Position numbers and translations under genes: made by a program. A stretch of DNA of 62,515 bases, the filler included, from Rhabdomonas costata (Eukaryota), in the NCBI GenBank assembly GCA_019059605.1. It is 16 parts of 16 records of this genome, joined end to end, with 100 filler letters (N's around TTAATTAATTAA, not from the genome) between each part and the next. Parts side by side here need not be neighbours in the genome. Positions count along the whole stretch, not along the records: positions 39,262 to 43,057 come from JAHMHO010000514.1; positions 43,158 to 46,961 come from JAHMHO010000515.1; positions 47,062 to 50,850 come from JAHMHO010000516.1; 13 more parts are not named here. The stretch is one strand, 5' to 3'. Each line of letters opens with the position of its first letter. The stretch's first letter is position 1. The notes under the pieces are model-generated. The model searched no databases, was not told where the DNA came from, and saw only the letters and a program-made list of their open reading frames with translations. This document shows, piece by piece, positions 39,786 through 50,950 of this stretch.

Positions 39786-42700
39786 GGAAGGGGTGGTGCC
39801 CTCGAAGCGACGGCGGGTGGACCTCAGCGGGTGCTCTCCAGGACCTTCCTCGGAGCTCTCTCAGGTCTCCCGAGATCTGCGCCGGCAGGATGCCGCGCTG
39901 GCCGCTCGAGTGGATGCCAGGGCAAAGCCCCGAGGTGGCACCCTCGTCCCCACCCCTGCCGCCTCCGCATCGCCGCCACCGCAGGATCCAGGCGCTCAGC
40001 AGCAGTCCCCCGCGCAGCCACCCGAAGGAACGGAGGTCATGGTGTGGGCAAGGAGTGTCGCTGTCTGCGTGTTGTGGGCTGTAGATTGGGGTGAAGCTGA
40101 GAGAGGACTTCTGAGGCCTTGCTTGATGCTTCTTCCATCCCCAAGCCCACCTTTAGCTTTCCAACCTGTGCTCTGCTTCTCGAGACTTGTGCAAGTATCT
40201 TGGTCTGAAGGTTCTGTCATTATGTATGCGCCACTGGAAGTAGGTTATATTATGCATTTCACAGGGGGGTTGGAAGAATGTAACCACTTGAAGAGGTTCA
40301 AGATATCCACTGTGAACCCTTTTTTGAACCAGCCAGGGAGTGGCGCTGACGACGGCGGGCACCTTTTTTCATTGTTCACTCTCTCTCCCTCTCCCGCTCC
40401 CAATTCCCCTCTGTTTTTTGCGACTATTTTTTTTCGTTTGGTCGAGCTCACCTGTGGACGTGATTCAATAATTTTCAACAGTTCTGCGGTGCACTCATTA
40501 TCGCTCTCGGTTGAATGACGGCGGGTAACCCGTTGCTATGAAAGTAAACGTTCCTTCGTTGCTCAATTTGAGTGATTTGAGTGATGGCAATAGGGATCAG
40601 CTCTTCTGCACAAGCAGTGGCACACAAACAGAAGCATTTTGGAGACGTCGTCCTTTTGTCCTTTTGGGGAGGATGGGATGTTCGGCATGACAAGGATGGT
40701 GGGGTGTTTGGGCAGAACGATCTTCGTAGCCGCGTTCTTCGGGCCCTGAATGGAATGCCTCACCTCTGGTCTCCCCCGAAGCTCGCCAGCTCTGCGCGCA
40801 AAGTTCGTCTCCCTTCCCTTCCCGTTCCCTTTCCTTTCTTTCAACACTATTCAATGATAATCGGTGTCCCAATGATAAAGTCGTATCAACGTCAATAATG
40901 CTTTAGTTGAGTGTTGCTTCTGTATGCTTCTTCTCAGCATGTGAACTGCTATCTGTTGGGTTGAGTTGTCGAAGGAGGGGAGGACAAGAAGCAGAAGCCG
41001 CCCGTGCATGTCGCTACTTTACTTCAAGTGCAGATTAGTTGTTTGGCTGGGTACGTTTCTTTTGCAGTTTGAGGCCTTTGCTGGAGGAAAAGTGAAAGGC
41101 TGGAACCGCAACTACTGCAATACAAGGGGGGCGAAACAAGGCTTCCACGGGTGGTAATCTCAGTCCTGAGATTTCCTGACTGGAGGGGGTGTTGCCATGT
41201 TGCTCGGTCGTGGGGGTAGTGTCAACTTTAGATACCACGGGTCGGCTGTCATGCGTGACATCTCTCTTTACAGGCTCTGTCATGTAGCTCCAGCTCGCTT
41301 TGGGGGACTGCGGCCCTGGGGGACGTCGCGGGCCCCTCCCAGGCCCTGTTTGTGCTGCCCGCCTTCCGTAGCTCTGCCGATCATCACCCTTCACCGCCCC
41401 TTTGCCCTGGCATGTCATTGATTCGTCTCACCCTTCGGCAAGACAGACTTATTGAAACACCTTTATGACACCCATTCTCACACGCACACATACCTTTTTG
41501 AAACACACGGAAGTGAGCGGGTAAGCCACGGACACCTTTGATAGTGCCTCTCGCGAGAACCTGTGGCCAACAGCTAGCTAGGTAACAGCCAGCGCGCTAA
41601 GCACGCAATACACCTTCTTCGGCCCGCTCCTCACACAGAGTCGTAGTGCAAGTGCTCATCTCATTTGCGATGGTTGTATGGGTGGATCCACTCCTTTCTT
41701 TTGCACCTTCGTAGAGCCTGCGGCTGGGGGAATTGACCTCTCGTCCCCTCCAACGCCGGAGACCACGGCGCCTCTTTGCACCACGCGGGCTCCTGAGGCC
41801 GCCTCTCTAAATTCTGAACCTGCTGGTGACAGTGACTGTGTGGCTCCTATCACTTCTGACTGCTGCGCTGTGGCTGGAGGCTCCAACGCCTTGTCCATTT
41901 TATGTGCGGGCGAGGAGAAGGAAGACCAGCTTCAGCCGTGTGTGGCAGCGGAGGGCGGGGTTGCCTTCGGGACAGGTTCCTCACCGCTGGGCTGCTACGC
42001 CTCCTTTGCCGTGATCGCCCCTCCCGAAGGTGGGTGGGTGTATATCTGCTTGTACATCCAACCCGTACGGGCGGGTATGCGAGCGCGGGCTAAGGAGAGG
42101 GTTAGAGTTCCGTCAAATCGCGGTTAAACGCGCCTTTTACCTGTGTATCTGCCCTTTTTCTGACTTATCCGCCTCTGGTTTGGGTGCAACATCGGGGTTA
42201 GCCGTAGCTTCCCTTTGCTTGCTGTTGCCCTTGCACAGCTGGTGACGTTGAAGGCGAGGAGCCCGACGCCGTTCCCATCTCCAGCTGCTCGCCCAAGGGC
42301 AAACCACCACCGCGATCCTCAAGCCCCTCAAAGGCTAATGCCAACCCTCACGCTTCCCCTCAGAGGGCCTCATGCCCACCGCTATCACCTTTCCGAGTGA
42401 GTGAAGGCCTGCCCCATTGCCTGGGAGGACCCTCCTTCCCTGTGGGTTCAGCGATTACAGTTTGTTCGTCGACGCCGGGCACCTGCCCGCGGGTCACGCT
42501 CACCCCCGTAGAGGCCTCGCTATCCCCGCGCGTCCTGCGTTTCGGTGCACTCCACGCGTGTTTTCTTTGTGGGTGGGCGTACACTGCGCTGTACGTCTCA
42601 TGTCAGTTTTACTCGAATAAGCATGCGGTTGCGTAGGAATGACAGGACTTCCTGCCAGGAATAATTCATTCACCCTTACCAAGTGCACATAATATGCGTG

Positions 42701-43057
42701 ACCGTGAATGGAAGCAGTATATTAATGTTTAAGGGAAGTAGGGAATACCTTCAGCCCCTCTTATGCTCCATCCGGTGCCCCTGCGTTGTATGCTACATTG
42801 TCTGCTTTAGCCAGATCTGACCTCGCTGTTGACTTCCTGTGATTTGGACATCATCAGGAGAACAAATGACTATCAGCAAGAGTTGATGATTCATTATTAA
42901 TTTGTATTGCCCTTTGTTCTAGCCTGATTTATGTTCCCATTCCATACTATGTGTACGCTCGCACGCACAGAGGACTCTCCTCAACCAGAGGACGCTGCGC
43001 CCAGCGCCGAAACTGCCCAAGTGATGATGGCTGAGCCAGAAGCTGAAGCAAAATGTA
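39786..43057 (+). CDS. Exons of an unidentified low-complexity P/S/A/E-rich protein
   Basis: GC-rich blocks at about 39786-40035 (PSKRRRVDL...), 41715-42029 and 42971-43057 with YAG/GT borders. No domain recognised. Confidence 0.35.
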
Positions 43058-43249
43058 NNNNNNNNNNNNNNNNNNNNNNNNNNNNNNNNNNNNNNNNNNN
43101 NTTAATTAATTAANNNNNNNNNNNNNNNNNNNNNNNNNNNNNNNNNNNNNNNNNNNNTTTTTTTGTTCTTTTTTTTTTTACAACTGATGACTTCAGTTGG
43201 GTGGTAGCATTGAGACCACTCATTCAGTCAGTCGGTCAAGGGGAAGCAT

Positions 43250-45051
43250 AGTGCACAGAACAAGCGACAGCGAGGTGCCCACCGACTTCCCAGGTGTAGT
43301 TCGCGCTAAGTCCGTAGTCAGGTCGGAGCAGCTTGAGCATGAAGGGGTCCATGATGTCGCAGTCCATAACGAATGGCGACGAGTGGGACAGCACACCCTC
43401 CAAGCACTGCCTGCCCTGAGGGCACCTGGACCCCAAAGGAGACTGAAAATAGCGGTAATGGCATCATACTGGTGGAGTTTACGCAAAATCGGGCGAGGGG
43501 GCAGACACATCCAAAAATGATCCACTTCAACAAAATGCGGACCAATCTCAAAGAGGTCGTAAGCAAAACATTGCTGCACCTGAGTGCAATGCGAGCGCAA
43601 ATGTGATCCTTTATACAGTACAGGAACCGAGCATGCGCAAACCCATCGAAATGGCGGCACCCCTGCAACTTCGCTTTCATGGATTGAGGTGAGTCTGTGT
43701 GTGTGTGTGTGTGCGCGCGCACACACACACAACCCCAAACTAGAGGTGCAAAACTCGCATCTGCGACCATCATGACCCATGGGGCAGCAGTTGGAGTTGC
43801 TGTCGTTCAGCCCAGGGGCGCACCCGCAGGTTCCGTACGTTCCTGAAACCCACGACAAAAATAGCAACGGAGATCAGCAACAAACCAGTGAGACAAAGGA
43901 GCGAAAGGGTACGGAAGCAAGTCTGTGTGTGTGTGTGTGGATGTGTCGAGTGCATGGTGCGCTGCTCCTTCGACCTCTGTGCCCGTATGTGTACAGGCGC
44001 TGTACCCACATGACTATGCATATGGTGTGGCGATGTGTGTTGAAACAGTGAAATATCGTCACTGCAATTCATCAAACTCCGTTCCAAACGCCAGAGCCAA
44101 GCGAGCAGGATCATTTCATTTCAAATAAAAATCCAGTTTCACCTCAACGCGGCGACACACGACATTTGTTGGTACCACGATACGCCGAAGTAAAAACTTA
44201 TCAAAATGCGTACACTTAGAGAGACGCATGTCAACTTTCCAGAATTGCGCGCACTCTCTCTCAGCACACTGTTGTCCTTAGGATTGAACCAGGTCTCGTT
44301 CAGCCGGCAGTAAGGGCACGGTGAAGGCGCGGTGATGCACGTCCCCCCGCTCCATTGCTTCCACCCGCAACACCGCTCTGCCGCGGAAGGAGCCAACCCT
44401 GATGCAAGCTGCCCTGCGGCACTACGGCCCTCCTCCCCGCCATCCCACAATGCAGGGTGAACTCCCCACGGAAAGCCGCACAGCACACAGAGAAGAAACT
44501 CCAGTCCCAACCACAGCGGGAGCCCTCTGCACTGCATTTAACCAAGCAACTAATCAAGATCCTCCAAAGAAAAAAAAAGCGAAGTGAGGAAGCGCGCTGA
44601 CAGCCTTGGTGTCCGCAGAAAGGCGTGGTAGTTTGGTGATGAGTAAATCCACGGCACAGAAGGCCACTCATTCAACTCGCCGTAAAAAAAAATCCATAAG
44701 AAAATCAGCTGATAGACAGCGAGTCGGTTTCACAGCCAGGGAGAAGATGGTTCGGTTTGAATGCTCTGACTTGCTGTTTTTTTTTTCAGCGAAAGAAGGG
44801 TGAGAAAATGACTTCATAGCAGTTGGCATATCAAGCACCCACCCACCCCGTCGGTAATATGGTAGCAGCGGCGAAAAGCGGGCTCCAAAGTACTGGCTGC
44901 GCGCAGCGAAGTCTCTACGGCGGTGCCAAGCTGTCCCGTTGCAGTCTGCAACAACGCACAGGGAAGCTGTGGTGAACGGGGCGTACAGGAGGAAGAGGGG
45001 AACGACGAAGTGCGCAACACGCCTTGCGCCACTCAGCCCCAGCGCGGACAT
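43250..45051 (-). CDS. Secreted/membrane protein with Cys-rich EGF-like N-terminus (resembles the N-terminal region of ADP1-type ABCG transporters), partial
   Basis: Signal-like start (HFVVPLFLLYAPF). Exons GTCGCAPG...CCPMGHDGRRCEFCTSSLG|CPQGRQC...MDCDIMDPFMLKLL...LAVAC. No ABC domain lies inside the contig. Confidence 0.5.
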
Positions 45052-45377
45052 TGCCCTGACCTACTATACTCTCGCGGGAATGGTAGGGCAACGCGCGCAG
45101 AGTGTCCACAAAATAAAGAAGCAATCGGTACACATCGGTATGCACACAACCAAGCAAGAAACAGACGCGCAGAGCAAGAAGGCATTTTGGATGAAAAAAA
45201 GCGCCACTCATGCGTTGGGTGGCACATGACCATTGGCATAAGGGTGCACGGGTGTGTGATTGAGAGGGTTTGTCTTTGAACTGAAGTAAGCCCATCCAAA
45301 CGCATACCCCACGGATGCCCCTTCCCCTCAAGCGGCCTTCCGCTGGCACTCGCCCTCAAGTAGCTGACGGGAAAAAG

Positions 45378-46795
45378 TCAAAGTTTTGCGCGGATAAGCC
45401 TCGGATACAACCACACCCATACTTACACTCACCTCGCTTCCACTCCTCTCCCCTGCCCTGCTCTTTCCCGGCTTCCTCCTCTCCGGCCAGAGACTGCTCA
45501 TGGCTTTGGAAAGGACGGCTGCGGGGCCATCGGTGCAGGGGCCTTGAAGAAGGAGATCACATTGCCCAGGACGTCCCCCATACTCAGCACTGCCTCAGGG
45601 CGGCCATCGCCCTGGACGACGTAAACCCGATGGATCCGCTGTTGAACCTGAAAGAAGGGCAGCGGGGAATGTAAACAGATTTATCTAACATCCAAAGGAC
45701 TTTGATGTCGTGAAGGTGGTTGCCATCCTCATGCTGGACTGGCTAAGACCGTGTGTCATCAGCCTCTTTTTTTCTCGCCAGTATCACTGTTGTTGTGCGC
45801 AGGTCACCAGGTCTTCAACGGCATTGGGTCTCCATCATGGACTTCAAGAAGTAACTCCTCCCCTCTCCCACCGGATCATTCAAAAGGGGTCTGCGTTTCT
45901 TTTTGCCTTCCATTCAACAAACGATCATAACAAAACCCAAGGATCTTATTCTTGACCTTCATATGTTTTGGGACGAGAAGCGTTCTTCGGCACTGCACCA
46001 CATGGTATCAGTGCTTTAATCCTTAACATTATGCTTTGGGAACGATAGGACCGGATTCAAGATTTTGGATCCAAGCACACAAGGGGATTGATATTGGCAA
46101 GAAAACACACGAGTATCAGGGATCAGAAAAAAAAGGGGGGGATGTGCAGGAGAAGGGAAGGGCCGGTGAGGGGGAGGAAAGAGGAATCCAAGCACAGCAG
46201 AGGATCAGGGTGGGAGGTGGGGTCACGACCAGCGTGCGGATGACGTCGCCCAGGGTGTCGTTGGAGGTCAGGCCGATCGGGGCGCGGCGGTTCCCGAGCT
46301 GCAGGTACTCATCCACAGAGAGGCTGGAGCGGGCGATGAGATCCATGTCAAAGTGGACATTCTTCAGGTCAGAGACGCTGATGTTGCCCCCTGCAAAGCA
46401 GCACGCAAGGGAACAACGCAAAATGCGAAGGGGCGTTCACGGGTATGCATTCCCAAACCAAAGTACAGCCACTACTACGCTGGTCAATGCCCCAAGGGCT
46501 TCAAGAGCTATGACATCCACATCTACAGAATGTCAGAAGAGCTATCGATGGATTGCACTTTGCAAGGTACACTGTCGCATCCCCCACAATAACTCCTTTG
46601 AGTTTTGTTCAACTGCAAGAGGTTGTGTAACAACAACAAAGGATGGCCAAACATCTGTCGCTCTGTGGTTTTCTGGGAGTGATCTGCCTCAAAAGGGGAG
46701 CTAAAATGAAATGCAATGCCACACAGACCCAGGGTCCCATCCTCATTGACCACAGCCAGTCCACTGAGCTTCTCCTTCACCATCGTCCCGAATGC
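45378..46795 (-). CDS. CBS-domain protein (AMPK-gamma/SDS23-like), C-terminal exons
   Basis: Exons 46795-46729, 46390-46230 and from 45647 give AFGTMVKEKLSGLAVVNEDGTLGGNISVSDLK...DTLGDVIRTLVQQRIHRVYVV...VLSMGDVL, a CBS pair. The 3' end is uncertain. Confidence 0.85.
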
Positions 46796-47061
46796 CTACC
46801 AGGGAAAGATACCTGAATATACTCCTTGTTAGGAGGTTCACACAAGCGGTCCACAAGCAGATACCAAATCATTTTGATTTGAATTTGTGCAACCAGTCCA
46901 ATCTCGCTCATTTGCAACGGTGCGAATACGGCAATAAACTAACGCTTTTCACGGGAAATGGNNNNNNNNNNNNNNNNNNNNNNNNNNNNNNNNNNNNNNN
47001 NNNNNTTAATTAATTAANNNNNNNNNNNNNNNNNNNNNNNNNNNNNNNNNNNNNNNNNNNN

Positions 47062-47709
47062 GTGTTTTGTTATGTTGTATATCTTGTTTTATTTGTATAT
47101 ATGTCGTTATATCATTATGAAATATTTTTTCTTTTCATCTTCCTTTTCTTTTTCTTTTTTTTCTAGATTTTGTTCAGTTACTACTTTTGATACTTTTTCT
47201 GACAATTGACTACTTTTATTTTTTATTTCTTCATCCATTTTATTAATTTTGTCTATTTTTTGTTCTTTTATATTTTCCATCTCTTTTATTTGTTTATGTA
47301 TATCATCAAAATTAATATCATTGTAATCAATTGCAAAATCTAATTTTGGTGGAATAATACATTGTTTTTTTGATTTTTGTATATTATTACTTTTCGTATT
47401 TTTAAATTCAATAATTTTTTGAACAAGTTGATTTATACAATATATATTCGGTATTACATATTCATGATGTACTCCATATAATATATTTTTATTTTCGTCA
47501 TATCGTATTACATCATATAATAAATTATCACAAATACAATTTATATATAAATGATTTGTTGATAATGATGGTGAAAGTTTTTTAACATATAATATTTGTA
47601 AAAATAAACGGTGTATAACTACATTTAAATCTATGAGATATTCAGATATATTAAATTCATTTTGTATCATTTCATTTATTAAAACATAATAAGTTGATGA
47701 TGTATTCAT
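47062..47709 (-). CDS. Hypothetical viral protein with K/E-rich coiled coil; apparent frameshift near 47125
   Basis: 200-aa ORF 47709-47107. Adding one A in the A6 run extends it as KIFHNDITTYIQIKQDIQHNKT, open to the contig end. Confidence 0.7.
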
Positions 47710-47751
47710 TGTTGTATTAAATTATATTTTTTTCTTTAAATAGTATAAATT

Positions 47752-48099
47752 ATGTTACATTACATTGTATTAGGACTATTTGTTATATTAATATTTATTT
47801 TATATATTGATAACAGTATGATCTTGTTAAATACGAAAAAAATACAAGAAACAGAAAATATTTATATACTTAATGAAACAACAAATATAATCAAAAAACA
47901 AAAAATACCAAATATTACAGATATTTTAATGAAACAAAGAATACCAAACTCAAAAGATAAATGTTTAAAATTAAAAATATTTAAAGCTCCAAAATCAGAC
48001 GATCAAAAATACTATGAATATGTAAATACAGATGATATGAACACGGATGAAATAGAAGAACTATGTAAAAGAGAAAATGGGATACTAATAAAAAATTGA
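47752..48099 (+). CDS. Small viral protein with N-terminal transmembrane anchor
   Basis: 115-aa ORF beginning MLHYIVLGLFVILIFILYI. Confidence 0.75.
   Translation: MLHYIVLGLFVILIFILYIDNSMILLNTKKIQETENIYILNETTNIIKKQKIPNITDILMKQRIPNSKDKCLKLKIFKAPKSDDQKYYEYVNTDDMNTDEIEELCKRENGILIKN
48092..48099 (+). promoter_or_regulatory. Mimiviridae early promoter motif AAAATTGA
   Basis: Exact octamer 86 nt upstream of the ATG at 48178. It overlaps the stop of the preceding ORF. Confidence 0.7.
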
Positions 48100-48177
48100 A
48101 AAATAAAATGTATGTATATAAATACATATAAAACAAAAAATCTATTAACAAATATAGTTAAAACAAAATAAATAAAA

Positions 48178-49271
48178 ATGACGTCTATTTTTGGTGAATT
48201 GAATGAGATCCTGAAGAAGGAGACATCGATTTTAAGTACAAGTGATATCGAACAAATTATTAATAATTTATTTAAATTTACAAATAAAGTAAATATAGAT
48301 GAAAATTTTGATTTTGATAAAATTGATTTGAATACATTAAAAATACCGGATTATGATTTTGTGTATTACAATTTATTTGTAAAATTCATACTTACAACAC
48401 AACAAATTATATCACTTGATAATACACGAGATAAAATTATAACATCTATTCGTGAAACACAAAAATCACTACACAAAAAAATAGGAAGTCTAAAAGAAGA
48501 TACAAAAGTTGGATCTTCTGAACATGATATAAATAAAGAAGATGATTCACGAGATAAAAAAGGTAAACGTGTTGTTGTTGGAAAAAATAAAAAGTAAATG
48601 AAGAAGAAAGTGAAGATCAAACAGCAAAACAATCTATGGATCAAATGATTAGTGAAAATGACAATATTTACATTAAACGAAATGATGACAATGATGAAGA
48701 ACATGAAAAGAACAAACATAAAGTGGATATTATATCAAGTGAAATTGATCAAAATGATATGTTTTGTTCAGATGTAAGTGATTCTGAAAAAGGAAAAGAA
48801 CGTGACATGTTTGAAGATTGTGATGAACATATGATAACAGTAACGGAAGAACAAACAGTTAGTGAAAAACAAAAAGTAAAGAAAACGACAACAAAACCAA
48901 GAAAAACAAAAACAGATAGTGCAACCGAAAAGAAATCAAGAAAAAAGTCAGATACAACTGAAAGTGAAACAATAACAAATACAACACAACAAAAAGAAAA
49001 TGATTCTGAAGAAATAAAAAAACCGACAAGACGTACAAAAACAACTGAAAAAACATCAGAAGAAAATGTAGAGAAAAAACCAACAAGACGAACAAAGAAA
49101 ACAACAGAAGAATCATCAGAGAAAAAACCAACAAGACGAACAAAGAAAACAACAGAAGAATCATCTGAAAAAAAACCAAGAACGAAAAAAACAGTTGAAA
49201 AAGTAGAAGAATCAATTAAAGATATTCAAATTGAAGATTCTGACAATTCTGACAATGATGATATTGAATAA
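48178..49271 (+). CDS. Acidic/basic low-complexity viral protein, split by a 1-nt indel at about 48589-48593
   Basis: ORF 48178-48597 ends GKNKK*. The -1 frame is open from 48591 (KVNEEESEDQTAKQS) into ORF 48636-49271. Confidence 0.7.
49071..49166 (+). repeat. 48-bp coding tandem repeat (EKKPTRRTKKTTEESS x2, with degenerate flanking copies)
   Basis: Units start at 49071 and 49119, with partial copies at about 49017 and 49167. Confidence 0.92.
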
Positions 49272-49305
49272 TTAAATAATTTTAATTAAAATTAAAATTA
49301 TTTAA
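49272..49305 (+). terminator. Perfect AT-rich palindrome directly after a stop codon (mimivirus-type polyadenylation hairpin)
   Basis: TTAAATAATTTTAATT (49272-49287), AA, AATTAAAATTATTTAA (49290-49305). It begins at the base immediately after the TAA. Confidence 0.78.
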
Positions 49306-49308
49306 ATA

Positions 49309-49316
49309 AAAATTGA
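49309..49316 (+). promoter_or_regulatory. Mimiviridae early promoter motif AAAATTGA
   Basis: Exact octamer 63 nt upstream of the ligase ATG at 49372. Confidence 0.78.
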
Positions 49317-49371
49317 ATTTTTAAATTATTAAACATATATTAAAAAACAAACTTTTAAATTGAAGTTAAAA

Positions 49372-50850
49372 ATGACAAGTGTTTTGAATATTTTAAATGA
49401 TGAAAATTCAATTATTAAAAAAGCTTCAAATATGTCTATTGAAAATTTGATTGATCTAATTAAATATTTAAATTATCATTATTATGAAAAAGAACCATTG
49501 GTTACAGATGAAATATATGACATGTTAATCAATATATTAAAAGATAAAGCACCTGAGATCGACGTTCAACAAAGTATCATTCAAGATAATAAAAAAGATA
49601 AATATGACAAATTAAATTATTATATTTCAAGTATGAATAAAATCAAACCAGATACAAATGAATTAAAAAAATGGACATTGCAATATCATGGACCTTACGT
49701 TATTAGTAATAAATTAGACGGTGTTGGTGGTGTTTTAATTTCAAAAAATAATGTAATTACACTATATAAAGGTCGAATTGCTGGTTTTTGTTATATGGCA
49801 AAGAATATATCACATCTAGTTCCGTATATAATTGGAAAGATAAAATTACCTGATCTTGTTGTTCGTGGCGAATTTATAATAAATAGAACAAATTTTGAAA
49901 AAATAAAACATATTTTTAAAACACCAAGAAGTGCTGTAACATCCTTAATAAATTCAAAAGAAGTTGATGTAAATGTTGCGATATTAACAGAATTTATTAC
50001 ATATAATATATTGGAACCATCTATGACACAAACAAATCAATTAAATAAATTAGAAAGTACAAAATTAAAAGTTGTAAGTTATATAGTAACAACAAAAATT
50101 TCAAATGAAATATTAAGTGAACATTTACTTCTACAAAGACAAAAAAATGATTATGATATAGACGGTATTATTGTATCCGATAGTTCAAAAATATATAAAA
50201 TAGAAGAAGAAAATCCTAAATATGCATTTGCTTTTAAGATGGTATTATCTGATCAAATTGCGGAGACAATTGTTAAAGATGTATTTTGGAATATATCAAA
50301 AGATAATTATTTGATTCCAAGAATATATTTTGAAGCTGTTGTATTAGGAAATACAAATATACAATATGCAACAGGTAATAATGCACGATTTATTCTAGAT
50401 AATAATATAGGTATTGGTTCCATTATACAAATTATAAAAAGTGGCGATATAATACCAAAAGTACATAAAATTATCAAAGCTACAACAGCAAAATTACCAT
50501 CAATACCTTATAAATGGACAACAACAAATATTCATATTGTATGTACAAATGAATCAGACGATTTAAAAGTTCAAAAACTTGTACATTTTTTTAAAACAAT
50601 GAAAATAAAAAATATAAGTGATGAAACAATTAGAAAATTAGTTCCATATGGTATTACATCTATACATAAATTTTTAAAAATAGATAGAAGTTTACTTACT
50701 GAAATAGAAGGAATTGGTGACACAAATATAAATAAGATATACACGAATACAATAACAGCATTACAAACAACAACATTATCAACATTAATGGCATCATCTG
50801 GAATTTTTGGAAGGAACTTTGGACCTCTAAAATTAGATTTGATTGTAAAA
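49372..50850 (+). CDS. ligA: NAD+-dependent DNA ligase, giant-virus type, 3'-truncated
   Basis: Domain Ia YYEKEPLVTDEIYD, motif I KLDG, VRGEF, DIDGIIV, PKYAFAFK, OB fold ending KSGDIIPKV and HhH IEGIG. No tetracysteine Zn finger after the OB fold. Confidence 0.95.
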
Positions 50851-50950
50851 NNNNNNNNNNNNNNNNNNNNNNNNNNNNNNNNNNNNNNNNNNNNTTAATT
50901 AATTAANNNNNNNNNNNNNNNNNNNNNNNNNNNNNNNNNNNNNNNNNNNN

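Larger units (their letters stand above)
47062..50850. other. Giant virus (Nucleocytoviricota, Mimiviridae-like) genome fragment
   Basis: Extremely AT-rich, intron-less and gene-dense, unlike all other contigs. Viral-type NAD+ ligase, AAAATTGA motifs upstream of two genes, perfect hairpin after a stop codon, no Shine-Dalgarno sequences seen. Confidence 0.88.

Noticed and set aside
48366-49215. Hydrophobic minus-strand ORFs 48366-48719 and 48859-49215 as membrane proteins
   Set aside because: They are antisense shadows of the K/E-rich plus-strand gene.
49372-50850. Ligase contig as an AT-rich bacterial endosymbiont or organelle fragment
   Set aside because: The missing Zn finger, absence of Shine-Dalgarno sites, ORFan neighbours and AAAATTGA/hairpin signals fit a giant virus better. 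Not formally excluded without a tree.
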